NCBI GenBank assembly: GCA_013239625.1
Contig: MU056270.1
Span: 248,001 to 312,000 of the forward strand
Reading direction: 5' to 3'
DNA length: 64,000 nucleotides
From: Lama guanicoe
Taxonomy: Eukaryota
A program made the position numbers and the translations under genes. This document shows, in pieces, positions 50,123 through 63,789 of the stretch (position 1 is the first letter of the stretch; every line of letters starts with the position of its first letter). The notes below the pieces were generated by a model, which saw nothing but the letters and a program-made list of their open reading frames with translations, had not been told where the DNA came from and made no database searches.

Positions 50123-53100
50123 CTGGAAGAGAGAGGCGCCGTTTCTAGCTTCTGCACAGAAGCCCATGCGGTGACTTACTGCGCTGCTTCTCTGAGTTAT
50201 TTCTTGCTCAACTGTCCTAGTCCTTTAAATCAGGCATTTACCAAAGTAAAATCAGGAATATTCTCTGACTAGCTTTTGCAAGTCATCCCCACCATGACAG
50301 ACTTAGGGGGCTCAACTGGTCACTCTGGCTTCACAGACAGACAAACCGTGCAGGGAACTTTCAAGTCACTTCAGAATGAATGTTCAGCAAAACTGGGGGA
50401 GGGGATTCTATAAACGTAAAAATCAGGATGAAAAATCATCTTCTGAAAAGCAGCTTGGCACCTGGAAAGGAGGTTACGGAGCTCTGACTCTCTCTGGTTA
50501 GCAGACTTACATCCCTGACTTCTCCCTTAAAAAGTTAAATCTCCAAGCGCCGTGATTTCCTTCCCTGGGATGTGGGGTTTGATTCCCTATTTCTACTCCT
50601 GATGTCAGCCACCTAGTTTGGGTCCTTTTCACCCCAAAATGTTAATATTCCAGAAGCCTAGCATTTCCCTACTGTCAAGAAACTCTCTTCACTGCTCAGG
50701 ATTAACAGTACTGACATCTGCTTTTTCGATTCTCGCCTCAGAAGGCTTCCTGAAAACCCTCAGAATTCCAGCCCAAACTGTCTAAGAACAGGAGACACTT
50801 TTTCTAAAAGGGTTCTGCAGAGCCACCAGGACTGGAACCCCACGCTGCTAACCCAGTCAGTGAGACGCTGGCCTTACGGGCAGCACTGGCCTTGTCAGCG
50901 GCAGAGGCGCCAGGACCAGCACGCTGAGCTCTGCAGCAGAGCTCCCAAGATCTCCACACCTGCACTCAGTACACTCGGACGGCAGAGCAGCCATGCGCAG
51001 AGGACACAGCGACAACATGGCTCCCGCCCCCTGCCCCCCACTTCCTGCTCCCCTCATCCCCCCTCCGACCCCCGTAAACACCAGCCTTAAAACTCGCACC
51101 TCAGCTTCCCCGAGGCCCTCCCTGCTGCTCCAGGGCCACCTGCCCCCTCTGCCCTCCGACCTCAGGGAGAAAGAACACAGCTTAGCTGGCCTGCTGCCTG
51201 CTGCCTGCTGCTCGTTGGCGGTTTCAATGAGAATTCGACCTGCTTGGGGCAAAGGACCAACTATTACATCTCTGTCCACAGCCACTGGAGCTTCTGCAAA
51301 TAACGCCCACAAAATAGACCAAGTGACTGACACTAAAGTGTCCAATAAGAACTCGATTCCTGTTTTACAACTTGTTAGCACATTAGAAGCTTATAGATTT
51401 TGTCTCCAGATGCAAAAGGTGAAACCCATTTAAAAAATAATTTTATGCCACTGACAATGTCAGTTATTCAGTAACATAGACGGGTCTTCCCGAACCCCTC
51501 CACGCGCCAGGAATAAGGTGACGGGTAACGGGCAAGGGCCTGCTCTTGGTGGTGGAGGCAGAAAATAAAGGCACAAACAAAACACAGTGCACAGTGCCAT
51601 GGAGGGGATGCTCTCGAGGGCTCTCCCCAGCACCCACACGAACCCTACCGCAGAAACAGACACTAGACCGTCCGAACAGAGCTCTCAGCGGAACAGAATC
51701 CCACAGACGCCGGCTGTGTCCCAGCCGCGGGGCTGAACGCTTTATTTGCACGCACTTCTACTCTGGGAAACACTGAACCTAAGACTTACACAATGCAGCG
51801 TTTTAAAACAGGAAGAAAAATGACAGAGGTAAGAAAATGCAAACGTGAAGAAATAATGTTTTTATAATTTTTTTTTCTACGTCAAGGAGTTTGCACGTGA
51901 AAGCTTTAGTGATTCACGACGCTCTCTGCTGAAGTCTGCAGTCACTACTGCTGTCAGCTGCAGCACCAGGAGACAGGCAGACCCCAGGTTCCTGACATGC
52001 TTTAAAAGCACACGCAAGCGTGCCCGACTCCGTGCCACATTAAACATCTACATAAAACCCTACAATTTATGTGAACGCTTATCGCAGAAGGTGCCAGGAG
52101 AGCGCGCTTCAATTGAAAATGTTCCTCCGAAGGTTCTGATGAAGGAGGCGGCCCTTTCCGGTTCTCTAAACACGCACTGTTCCTGTCTTCTGTGCGAGCT
52201 TTCGGCCGACACACCTCAAAGCAAGTGAGCAGCGCACCGCGAGTACTCGGAGGTGCTGCCTGTCTGACGTCGACCGGAGGAGCAGCGTGCGGGGAAGCCA
52301 GGCGCGCCCCGCCCGGAGGACGGAGGACCCAGCGGCAGGGACGGGGGAGGTGGGGACACCCGGCCACCGCCCTCCTGCTCCTGCGGTGCCAGCCACGCCC
52401 TTTCTTCTGCTTAGATCAGCTCCTATCGTCACGCGCTCATGCTGGCAGATAAACACTCAGGGGAAAAACTGTTCTAAATCTCCAGAAAATAAACTTGATA
52501 AAAGAACATTCCGAGTGTATGATCTCATTATAAATTTTAGTAAAATATTAAATACGCGTATAACAACATATTCACTGCCCTTTGAACACAGAAAATGTGT
52601 GTGGTTCTGCAGAAAACTCAGCGAGTCTGCCGCTGGTTTCCTCGGGGAGGCCAGGACCTACTCTGGGCCCCGGAGCCAGCTGGCCCCACACTGTGGGAGC
52701 ATAGTTAGCTACGTGTTACCCCCACTGTTATCTACAGAAAAGGTCACAGCTGCCTTGTTTATACATCAAGAAAAAATATACTTAGGCTATATTGTGTAAA
52801 TTCACCAAACGGTACATAGATTTAAAACACAATTTACAGGCTTGAGTTGAAAACACAGCCTTTCTATATCGTAAGGCCGTTGGATAAACATTTTCTTTCA
52901 GCAAGTAATTACTCTCATAATCTGCTCAATGTCGGAAGCAACTGAAAGCAGGTGCTCGGCTCAGCGTCTATTCCTAATACTCTCCAAGAGCCGCCCTGTG
53001 AAGGTCCAGAGCGCTTTTCAGGTGCCACACGTCACCTCTGAGTTTTCCAAGGGACCTCGAGCCACACGCAAAGGCACCTCCTCCAGCTGCGTGCGGCCTT

Positions 53101-53949
53101 TGGGAGGAAGGCCTTGTGAAGTGCAGCTGAGAGCAGACGGACTCCTCCCGGGGCTAGAGTCGCAGCCAGCACCTGTTTTAAGAACTAAATTCATTTTCAG
53201 AGCAAAGGAAAAAACACCTCTGAAGACTACCTTTAAGATCCCTGTTGAGAATGTCGGCAGGGGGTTAAGCCACAGGCGTTCCTGGCAGGAAACCTCAAGA
53301 CTTAGTCTAACTTTGGCCCCATTCCACAGGAATTTTAAGAGATGAATTCTAAGAGCTACCTCTTCTAAGGTGGTAGCTTCCCACGGGGAAGAGAAGCCAC
53401 GTGGTGAATCAGCTCAGGCTCTTCCAAGACCATTTGTGCTTTCAAGATGAGTTTTTAAAATGTTCATCTTTATTGTTTTTTCCCCATCTTTGCCCCCTTT
53501 AGAAAAACCAAAAGACCACCTCTGGGCTGCAGAGAACTTCCACGGTGGAGGGCGCAGGGTGGGCTGTGTGTCCCGGTGTCTCCCAGGAGGCACTAGCCAC
53601 CCGGCCCCCGCGGCACTACCAGAGCAGACCCAGCGCAGAGCTCCCAGGACGTGACCGTCCGCCCCGCCCCTGCGTACAGATGTTTCCTGCGTCTGTGCTG
53701 GCACCGATCCCAGAAAAACGGGGCTTTTTTATGCAGGACTTCCCGGAAACACAAGGGCCGCCTCCACCAGCATCACTGCCTTGTGTCTCCTGTGCACTTA
53801 GTGTCAGTGTCTTTGACAGGACACTGGGGACACTACACTGCTCCTGAATCTGACAAGCAGCGAACACCTGCCAGTGCTAAGAAAGTGCTGATAACATTTT
53901 AGGTGTTGACCATGGTATCTGGTTACCGTTTTCAGAAAGCATGTTTGTC

Positions 53950-54130
53950 TTTGGAAATCACATACTGAGATGATTATGGATAAAATGCTGCGACCTGATT
54001 CACAGGTAATTCAGGGCGGTGGGACACAGGAGGGGACGGGTGAACAAGACGGCTGAAACTGGCGGGTGCACGTGAGGCTGTGGTACCACCCTTGGTGCTT
54101 TTAAGCACGTCTGGAATTCTCCAAAATGCA
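53950..54130 (+). mobile_element. L1MC/ME 3' terminal fragment
   Basis: catactgagatgattatggataaaatg...gctgaaactggcgggtgcacgtgagg...tctggaattctccaaaat. Confidence 0.45.
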
Positions 54131-55249
54131 GTAATACACACTCCTTCTGATGTGAGCTCAAAGTAACACACCAACCTTCCAATCAAGAGGCCCCCTCCTC
54201 ATCAGGACTGGGTGGGTATGCCAGTCAGAGTGGCCGAGGCGGCCGGCAACAGGGGAGCCGAACGTCAGCGGACGATCAGACCGTAACCTGCAGCTCTGCT
54301 GGTGGATTTAGGAGATTCGCATTGTATTCTCATGGAATCTCGTAGAGTACGTTCAAAGAGGGAGAAACTATTTTCAGTTCCTAATGAAAAAGACCACTTC
54401 TGAAAGTAACTTTAGGCAAAGGATCCATTTAACGCACATTCCTCCAGTTACTTCACAGCCGGAGCAACTTCTGCAACAAGCTTGCTCAGAGGGAGGGAAG
54501 AGGCAGGCCTCCGACCGCACAGCCGCGAGCGTCTTTTCCCCAGAACACTGGTGCTCAGCAGCCTTGGATGCACACATGACATCAAGGTGCCAGAGGAGGA
54601 ATCCACCAGGTAAAGTGTGCCTCCACTCTCCTCCAAGAAAGAGTCAGACCTTTAACAACGGAACACTGGTTATCAGATCCTCCAGGTGTGGATGTGACAG
54701 TAAGATAAGTGAAATTTCCTGGAACTTCTCCAGTTTCAAATGGCCTATATGTTGTCTCCATAAATTACACACACTTTCCAGAAATTCAAATATTTTCAAA
54801 ACCAAACTACCCAGTCAACTGTTTCCTGTAAGCCTACGTAGGGGGCCCCTGATGGACCTCGGATCTTGCCACCACGAGCACCAGCCCCTTTAGGGGAGCG
54901 GTGTGGGTGGGAGGCACTCACTGAGCACCCAGTGGGGTCTGGACCACGTCTCTTGACTCTCCATCTGGACACCTGACACTCCTCAGCTAGACTCAGCGGG
55001 AACATCGCCTCCTCTAGGAAGCCCCCCAGGCCTCTCTGGCTACACAGGCAGGGGCAGGGCTCTGTACGCCACGCGGCCTAGTGCTTGTTACGGTCACTCA
55101 CGTGACGAGAAGACACTATGCCGTTCTTAAGTCTATGTCTCTCCCACCAGACCACGGGCTCTGAAGGTCGGAGACCACGGCAGCCTTGCTCACCACTGCA
55201 CTTCGGTCCCTCGAACACCTCCACCACGCTGGCCACCAGTCCTGGCTGT

Positions 55250-55375
55250 CCCCAAGTCACCTGGGAAATCTAAGAGGCACTGATGCATGGACTCCACCAC
55301 TGGAAATTCTAGTATGATCCGAAGGATGGGAAGAAGGCTGGGGGCTGACAGCTTTAAGAGCACCCAGGGGACCGC
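55250..55375. mobile_element. MER5-like DNA transposon fossil
   Basis: agtcacctgggaaatctaagaggcactgatgcatggactccaccactggaaattct...gctttaagagcacccagggg. Confidence 0.4.
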
Positions 55376-56759
55376 GGTGGGCAGTGAGGCAGTGAGGCAG
55401 TGTCCTGCCTGACGGAGCAGACAGCAGACAGGACATGAGGCCCTGCAGGTCCCCAAGACCTCAGTCCATGTACGTCACCCGATGTCATTGCACTCCCTCA
55501 GACTGTGGAACAATTGATAACAAGAATCTGGATGTGGCATCAGAAAGGGGCATCTGGGTTTCCCTGAACACTGAGACAAGAAGAGAACAGGCTCACGCCA
55601 GAATGCACCTGGATCCAGGCCGGCGGACTCATGACGAGGCTGAGCTGCAGGTGAGGCCGCGCCCCGCCGCGCCCTGGGCCGGGGCCGCGCTCGCACTGCT
55701 GGGCTTTCTCCTCCTGGGGCTCCGGAAGCGTCCCAGGCCTAACTGAGCAATCCACCTGTGCTCTCCGGCCACCGACATCGCACTTGCCAAGCTCACTCAC
55801 AGCCGCGGTGCAGGTCTAAAGGACCACTCTCTGTCTGGCTCTCCACCTCAAAACCCTCGCCGGCTCTGCTTCCCCTCCTGGCCCCGGCCCGCCTTCCCCT
55901 CCTCCTCTGCAGCCTTCCCCTCCACCAGCCCTATAAATACCCCTGGGGTTCTGGCCTACATCTTCTCTCCTGTTCTTCCTGGGTGACCACGCGCTCTCTA
56001 AATTCAACCACCTGCATGGCAGCCAACTGCAAACCAACCCTTTTCTGGGGAAAAGGGAACACCATCTGCCCCTCGACGCTCCCTCACCAGGAACCACCGA
56101 CCCAGCCGGGGGCCAAGCCAGACCCTGGAACCACCGAGCCTGTCCTCCTCCCGCTGTACCACCATGTTCTGAGGGCGCAGGCCCTGAGGAGCTCTGGAAG
56201 CAGCTTCTGCTCCCCTGCCGCGGCCCCGTGCCGTCCTGTGTCCGGCCTGGCCTCCTCCCGTCCACTCACTGGAGAAGCAGAGTCGTCCTTCCCTTCTGGG
56301 TAAGTTCGGACCCAGCACCGAGCCCGTCCAGGCCTGGCCGCCTCTCCCCCAACACCCACCTCGGGGCCTCTCTGCAGTCGGCCTGGGGATGCGTCCCCCG
56401 TCGGGGTCTCAGCTTGTGTGCAGCCCCCAGGAGAAGCGCCCCACACCAGCCCCACCACGCCCTCCTCCCTCAGAACCTGACTCCTCCCTGGGTGCGGCCA
56501 CAGCCTGGGCGAGAGCGGGACTGTGTCCCCCGGACAGCCCGGAGCCGGGGGCCCAGCGGGATCGTGGCGTACTTGTCTTCGCTGAGACGACCGTTACCGT
56601 TTCTCAACATCCAGTCACTTCCCACGAGAGTTTAACCGTTCCCCAAGTCAAACCTTCACCCACACTGCCAGGTGGCCCTAGGCCAGGCACACGGAAGGGC
56701 TCTCCCTCCCTGTTCGGGGACCCACTCAGGTGTGCGGCTACCCGGCGAGGGGGGCTTGC

Positions 56760-56878
56760 CTCTGAGGTCCGGCAGGCAGCCCTCTCTACAGTGGGCCATG
56801 AGCTGGAGGATCCACCGGTGCTGGGCTCCGATGCACTGCCACGCAGGGTCGCCCGGGGCGTGGAGGTCGCTCAGGTAC
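56760..56878 (-). CDS. EXOC2: EXOC2 exon ~11 (119 nt): (R)[39 protein letters not shown](G); ends at a GC donor
   Basis: Acceptor ttccag|G. The homologous 3' boundary is GAG|gcaagc (non-canonical GC donor), phase 1, matching the next exon. Confidence 0.92.
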
Positions 56879-58922
56879 CTGGAACAGCAAGCACAGGCTG
56901 AGCGCGTGGCTCCTGCCACTCAGCCAGGATGAGGACAAGAGGAAAGCCAGCATGTGTGACAATCATTCCTTCTTAAGGAATCTGAACTCCGCCAACTAGG
57001 AGGCCCTGCCAGTGCCAGTCTTCAGTGCTCACTCTGCATGGAGCACACTTCAGGTTCTTTCATGCAATTAACAAACAATGAAACTGCATTAAAAAACCAG
57101 AACTTTATAAACAGACAACCAAGAGAACAAGACACCTGCCAGGGCCCCAGGTCCTCGGCAAGAGCTCCCCCTTGTCACAGAGAAAGAACAGGCAGGAGCC
57201 GCAGGCTACTCGGCGGCATTTCCGTTCCTCTCTGGTGTGAGATCGGCCGCCAGGTGGCAGTGTGCCCCCGCGTCCCACACGGCCCAGGCCTCCGTGCTGC
57301 GAGGGGTCTGGTGGCAGCAAACACAGACCTCTGAGGTCCAGACTCCAGTTCAGAAAAAAACATTCCTCTAGAAGATGCAGTATAGATGGACATTTTTCTT
57401 ACTTTAAAACAGTTCTTAAAATATTTGAAGTCTCTGTATAATATCCAAACCCGGATAGACAATTTCAGTTTCACGGATTTCAGCTGAAAATTTTCTGCTA
57501 AATATTACTCAAAACTCAGCCCTTATGAAACACATAAATATGACAAGTTAAATACAATTAAATAAACTTCAAAAGCTGGATTTATTGTCTGAAAATTACT
57601 CTTAAACCACAGCGGTCTGTTGTCTAGGGGTCAAAGTCTTGCTCAAGGACACGTGCTAATTAGCGGCCACACGCTGTGACGGCTTGTCACCCAGCTTCTC
57701 CAGGACCCGGCACCTCCTCACTCGACTTCTCCGTCAGCAGCTACTTGCAGGAGGAGCACTGGGTGACAAGCCAGCAATACACAAAGCACCGAGAAGAGAG
57801 CTGGCACCCACTTGGAACTGTGCACCTGCCCCGCCTCCCTCCACAGGCGGACAGGAAGCTGGCGCCTGTGGGGCCTCCCTCCGCCGCCGCCAGGGGAGAC
57901 AAGTCAACCACTGTGGCCCCAGCAGGAGGCCACAGGTGGACAGGTGCCATGCTGCTGGCACGAAACCCAGCCAGACTGCCTCGCATGCAGGCCTCCTCTG
58001 GAACCTAAGTACGGCAAACGGCACACAGTGTCTAGGTTTATCCCCCTGCTGGGGCATCTGCCCGGGCCTTCTGCTCAGGCGGACCTGCTCTGCCCGCAAA
58101 GACCCCTGAAGCAGCGCCCCCAGATGCTGCCACGCGCACGGCGGCCTCAGACCTGCAGCTGCGGCACCGCGCGGAGCGTCCTTCCAGGGAGGCAGGGAGG
58201 CTGCCTCCTCTCGGTCTCTGCGCTGCAGAGCGGGCCCAGAGGGCCTGTCACACGGGCCCCTTCTCCCACACGACAGCAAGAGGGCTTTCTAACATCCCGA
58301 GTCTCCTCAGCATGTTGACTAGGTCCCTGCAGAATTTAGTCACAGCCGTCTTTCCATCGTCTCATTAATGGGCATTACGTCAGGAGAGCTTTACGAAGAA
58401 GGGTGCGCCTGTTGTCCTGGAAGTCCTGCGGGCTCAGGTTGTCCCAGTGGTGCCCGTCCTGCCTTGGTGCAGGGACCTGACCTGCTCCCTTCCGTGGCGT
58501 CCACTACGTTGACTCTGACTGTTCCTTTCCTCAAGCATCCCCACTCCCCCTCAAGACCAGAAGCTTTCAGAATGTTCTCTGCTGTCGAGCCACGGCCACC
58601 CCAGGGGCCTGGCGACCCACCCGCCCGTGTGCCCTCTGTGGACACCAGTCTGGGAGCCCTGCCTGCCCTGCGGGGCGGGGAAGGCGTGAGGCTGCTTTTC
58701 CTCCTCCAACGGGCAGGCTTTTCTGGCCCCTCCAGCGTGAGCGCTCCCGGATGTATCAGCACACAGAGGATTCTGGTGTCCTCACTGGGTATCCCTGAGT
58801 TTCTGCCCTTTCACCATTCCATCCGTCTCCCAACTTCCCCCAGAATGAGCTTTAGGAGTACGCGCCGTATCCAGTACCGCCTGGATGCGTGTCACACATC
58901 AACATCCTTGCAGAAGGGTTAC

Positions 58923-59025
58923 CTTATGTAACGTTTCTGGTCATGTAAGGTCGACGGCGTCTCAAGCAACTTATCCAGAAGTAATTCCCTCAAAGCTTCA
59001 ATCCGCATTTCTACTTCAGCATAGT
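58923..59025 (-). CDS. EXOC2: EXOC2 exon ~10 (103 nt): (Y)[33 protein letters not shown](R)
   Basis: Acceptor gaatag|AC, donor AAG|gtaacc; phases fit both neighbours. Confidence 0.97.
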
Positions 59026-59119
59026 CTATTCAAGAAGGAAAGAATGACAACTTTAAAGTCAAATTACGGAAAGCAGAACTGTGGCTGCCTCCGTGTAGTC
59101 TGGCTGGCTGAGAAGGGGC

Positions 59120-59256
59120 CCAGGGGACCTTCCGGGGTGGTGAGAACACCCTGTCCTGGGTGTGGGCCCAAGGGCGTGAGCACCTGGCAGGCTCGCTGAC
59201 CTGTGATGTGGAAGTCTGTGCACTTCACTGCCCATAAATCTACCGCAATAAAAGCA
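59120..59256 (+). mobile_element. L1ME 3' terminal fragment
   Basis: ggggaccttccggggtggtgagaacaccctgtcc...tctgtgcacttcactg...taaatctaccgcaataaaag. Confidence 0.45.
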
Positions 59257-59770
59257 AAATTAAGCTCTCCGAGCCCTCGCGGACCTCACTTACAAACATA
59301 ATCACGCCCTGTGCCCTTTCTCTTGGCCCAGAAGGCACTCCTACAGGGCATTTTAGGCTTTTCTCTCTCCTGTGACTCTGGCCTCAGAGATGATGTGAAA
59401 AGTTGTTTAGTTTACTTTAACGTAGAGCTAGGGTTCATAAACATGTTGGCCTTTCTGAAGAGAGAAGATTAAAATGTAGTTTCTGTCTCTACAAAATATC
59501 TGTAATTAATTCTTTCCAGCAAAAAAGACCTCTTAATCGCATCGTGATTAACAAGCGGCAAAGAACGCTCAAGACTAAGCTACCCCACGGCTTTCACTCC
59601 GTCTCAGTGAGAAAAGCCATCGTGTTACTTCTGAAGTGACTGCTTCACACTTGAGAAAGAGCACCATGTAAACAAAAACTAAAACGCATAGAACATTCTT
59701 CACAGAATACATTCCACATTCTTCCTATTACAATGAAGCAGAAAATCAAACAGTAATAAACAAAGCTTAC

Positions 59771-59852
59771 ATTTCTTGAAAACTTGCACCTCTGTTTTCC
59801 CAAAAAGAGACTTGGCCTTTTCATAATCGTTAATAACCACATCATAATCACC
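59771..59852 (-). CDS. EXOC2: EXOC2 exon ~9 (82 nt): [27 protein letters not shown](Y)
   Basis: Acceptor ttttacag|GGT, donor AAAT|gtaagc; follows a 131-nt intron. Confidence 0.97.
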
Positions 59853-59983
59853 CTGTAAAATAAAGAAACATTTTGGAGACTGTCAGTAAAGTTAACGAAG
59901 AAATTTGGCTGAGATAAAAACATCTTAACAACTCTTTAAAACCGCTGGCACCTAGGACCACGGGCACATGGACCCGCGCCCAC

Positions 59984-60129
59984 CTTCTGAATGTTCCTCT
60001 CAATGTTCAGAGGGAGGTTGAAGAGGAACTTGAACCTCTGCAGCACGTTGAGGGCGTTCCTGGTGGAGTCGGCCTTGTCCTTCCGCCCTAGGACTTCTTG
60101 AAACAACGTGTCCGCCGTGTTACTTGCTC
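59984..60129 (-). CDS. EXOC2: EXOC2 exon ~8 (146 nt): (R)[48 protein letters not shown]
   Basis: Acceptor ttttaaaatag|GA, donor AAG|gtgggc; peptide recognised as EXOC2. Confidence 0.97.
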
Positions 60130-63100
60130 CTATTTTAAAAGGACAAAAAGAAACTTAGATAAAAAGTTACTTTAATCTGAAAATGTGTAACTGGGCAAAA
60201 GAAACAAAACGTCAGACTGCTACTGTACTTGACGTTAAAACTCAACAGACTTTTCCGAAAGTCAGCATCATCGCAGGTCTTCTACGGTCTGCTAAAATGC
60301 AACTTCCATTTTGCCTGGTAAGTCTCTTCAATGTTAAGAATGGCATCCAATTAAGAAGAACCATGCTCACCAGGCCCAAATAAACTCTCCACTGCGAACC
60401 TACATTTATTTTAGCTGCTCTTCTAAATTTGACAGTAATCATGGCCCCTTAAGTTATTTCACTAATTCAGACAACAGGTTAAAACGCATATTCACACGTG
60501 TGCATACACAAGTAACTAGTTAATTCTCTTGGTTCGGTATCTACATACCCATGGTAATAAAAATAAACAAGGAGGAGTTTTTCAAAAAAAGTTGTTCAAA
60601 AGAAATACATAGACCTAACCCTATTTCTCAGTAAAATTCTCTATGTAGCAGGCTCAAAATTATACAAGCAATTTAAAATAAACTTTAACACACCATCGTA
60701 AGTATTTCTTAAATCAGCTGATTCTTAATAACGTGATACGCAAACTGGGCATTATATACACATATATATAAATACATACACATTTTACCTAACAGACCTC
60801 AAACTATATGAATCACTGTAATGAAAGTTCATTTAAAGCAAAGTTTACTGTGTACAAAAATAGTTAAGCTTTCTCAACTTATGAATGATTTTTAATTAGC
60901 TGCAAGGAAAGGGGAGAAAAAAGATAAACTTCTTTGGCCGTCTGATCACTGCTCATGAAAGTTTCTACATTTTTCTGGTCCAGTGACTGTACTTAAAGCA
61001 AAGATGAAGAAACGCCTTCGGTCTCGCTGGGCGGGGGCAGGCTGCACTCCCGGGTCCACACCGTGGGTGGTCGTCTTTGGAACGTAACTTTTATCTAACT
61101 GCTGGTTAAATTCTGTTGAAATTTTAAAAGCCTGATATAAAACCTTTGTTTTGTCAAGATAGCTGTTTTCACCACGTGCTATTTAATGTAGAAAACGAAG
61201 TTTCTACTAGGAGAAACAAAAATTCCCTTCTTGGCACCAAACCACATCGTGGTGAATAACGAACACTGGAAATCTGATTAGGGCTTAAAGGTATTTTTCT
61301 TGGAAGAAAATTATTATTAAGCATTGTTTTTATCATTTAAAAATATAAACTTCATGAATTGAGGCTTCATAAATGAATAGACACGTGAATATTCTTAAAA
61401 GTTTGATTACCTACGTGTGCGCTGCGGATGTTAAATCCCCAAGCCCCTTTTTTTGGACAGTGAAGGAATTTGGTGCAAAAGTGTGAGCTCAAAATTAGAC
61501 TTTTCTCATCTTATTTTAAAGGTAATAGAAGAATACCAACTAGTAATTCTAATGCCTCTAAAAAGTGTGAAAGTAAGTTCAGGTAGAAAATCCACTTAAA
61601 ATTAAATCAAATACAGACATTATTTAATGCCAAACATTTACTATGAACTATGAAATTACAGACTATAAAACTATAATTTATTACACAGAAATGGATACAC
61701 AGAGGATTTTAATTTATGCACAGGGAAACTCTACGTTATGAAATTGTAAATTCTGTCCAGAAATTGTTCTGCTGTGAACTTCACTGCATCACCACAAGAT
61801 CTGGGGAGTTCGCAACTCCAGTAACTAGGTGACTGCGCCCGTTAGTGAAGTACGGGGGAGCAACGCATCAAGCCTGGTGGCAGCAGGTAAGAGCCAGCAT
61901 TCGCTGCGGAAGCCTGAGGACAGAGGGCCAGGGCCCTCGGGAGCCGAAGAGCCTCCACCCGCCCCTCCAGGATGCCCGCCCAGTGCGATGCCGAGCAGCC
62001 CTGGGCACGTCCACACCTGAAGACTGTCCCCCATCTCGCAGGGACAGTGACGGCACGGCCTCGGTGACGGCACACTCAGCACCGACAGCAGTGACAGCGG
62101 CCCCGGGGCTGGGCCGACAGGGCAGTGGCCTTCCCCACCGTGTCAGCCGGGACAACGTGGAGGGTCCTGCGGGCTCCGGGCCACGTGCAAGCAGAGACAG
62201 ACATACGTTGCTCATCACCCAGACGCCAGGCCTGGAAGTGCCTCTTGGCAGCAGGTGGGGCCAGGGGTCCGACCGCCAGTGCTGGGGCGCAAAGCTGCTG
62301 ACGCCGTGACGCTCAGACGCCTCACCACAGAGAAGCGGGGCCGCGTGTTGACCACATCTCAACAGAGCTGGGCCAGGCCAGCACCGCATATTCACCAGAC
62401 TCACACCTGCCGCCTGACCTCACTCCCTCACGATGGGAAAAACCACGATTGTCCAGAAGCCAGCGTCTAGAAGGACTAGCCTGTGGTTCTGACGGCGCTG
62501 CGTGGCTTCAAGCACGTCCACCGCAGTAAACGCTAAGCTCTCTCCTGTCTGTTTCCTGCGCTGCACCTGAGACAGGACCGCAGGGTGGAGTCCGCTCAAT
62601 GTGAGCCGGGGGGGCTGCAGCAAGGCGCTCCCCCACAGACCCCGACACAACTCACCCCAGGAATACACAAGCCGAGTAAGATTTAAGGTGACTGTAGCAC
62701 GTACGCTTAAACTCACAGTAAAACCAGGGTACCAAGGTCCTGAGCAACCTACTGTGTGTCTCATTTCTCTCAACAGATTCCAGAGAGCGGCCGGGAGGGC
62801 AGGTCGTCATCACCAGTCACCAAGCGCCTGCTGCAGAGCCAGGCCTGGCGCTGGGGCTCCACGCCCCACACTGCGTGGACACAGCTGGAATCTCGGCTGA
62901 GGGCGGGGGACAAGCCGTCCACCCGGCTCCCAGGAGCATCACTCCCAAATCTTCCCAGCTTGTGTTCAGGACCCTCAGCTCTGTGGCCTGAAACCAGCCG
63001 CAGTGGGAGTTTAACACACGGGGACGCCAGCATTACAGGTAGCTTTCTCTTTCTTTCTCTTCTGGAATGCCAGTCATTAAACATTTACCAGCACAGCCCT

Positions 63101-63789
63101 GAGCAGGGGTCAGTTCCCTTTTTACAAACGGGACTCTTACTGACATTCCTCAGTGTTCTAGGTCCTTGGCTTCCTTCTTCTTACTGTACACACAGCACTT
63201 GGGAAATCATTCGGTCCTGGTGACTCCCAAGGCTCCATCTCAGACGTGCCCGTCAGCTTCAGACTTGTCCTTGCATCTTCACATACACATACGGAGACAA
63301 TCCTCTTGAACGACTTCGCCCATCACAGAGGAGGTGCTCGTTCTGAGCCAGCCCACAGGCGGAGTCCAGTCTTCCTGGGGGGAGGACTCAGCCCCGCGAG
63401 AGCACGCCTGTGACAGACCGAGTCCCTCCGAAGGGGCCCCGAGGCAGAGCGGGGGCACATGGGGGGTGCGCACAGGGCAGGAACCCTGAGTCCAGGCAGG
63501 CGGCGGGGCTGGCTTTAGCCAAGGACAGCGGAGAAATCGACCCTCAGACCCTCGGCCCACCTGCCCCTGCGAAGAGCTGAGGAGGCAAAGGGGAAGAAGA
63601 CGCCATGGGGGAGAAAGACGTCTCAGCATCCAGGGCCCTCCCAGCCCCCACGGAGCGTGGGCGCCCCACACAGCCCACCCTGGCCCTTGCTCCACGCTGG
63701 GCCTGCTCCAAGAATTCATATCAAGTCCTCTAAAATCCTCAAGGTTCAAAAGCACATACCACTTCTTAAGGCATTTAAACTTGCTCTGG

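Larger units (their letters stand above)
108..60129 (-). other. EXOC2: EXOC2 (exocyst complex component 2 / Sec5) gene body, partial: 18 internal coding exons; both gene ends outside the window
   Basis: The spliced translation runs from (R)[48 protein letters not shown] to ...[10 protein letters not shown] and matches mammalian EXOC2 as recalled. Exon lengths sum to 1817 nt with consistent phases and no stop codons. Confidence 0.98.

Noticed and set aside
50174-50182. Consensus donor GCA|GTAAGT just upstream of the exon ~12 acceptor
   Set aside because: It would define a 57-nt intron, below the usual mammalian minimum, and has no convincing upstream acceptor.
108-60129. EXOC2 as a pseudogene because of elevated divergence
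   Set aside because: All 18 exons keep their expected lengths, splice sites and an open reading frame.
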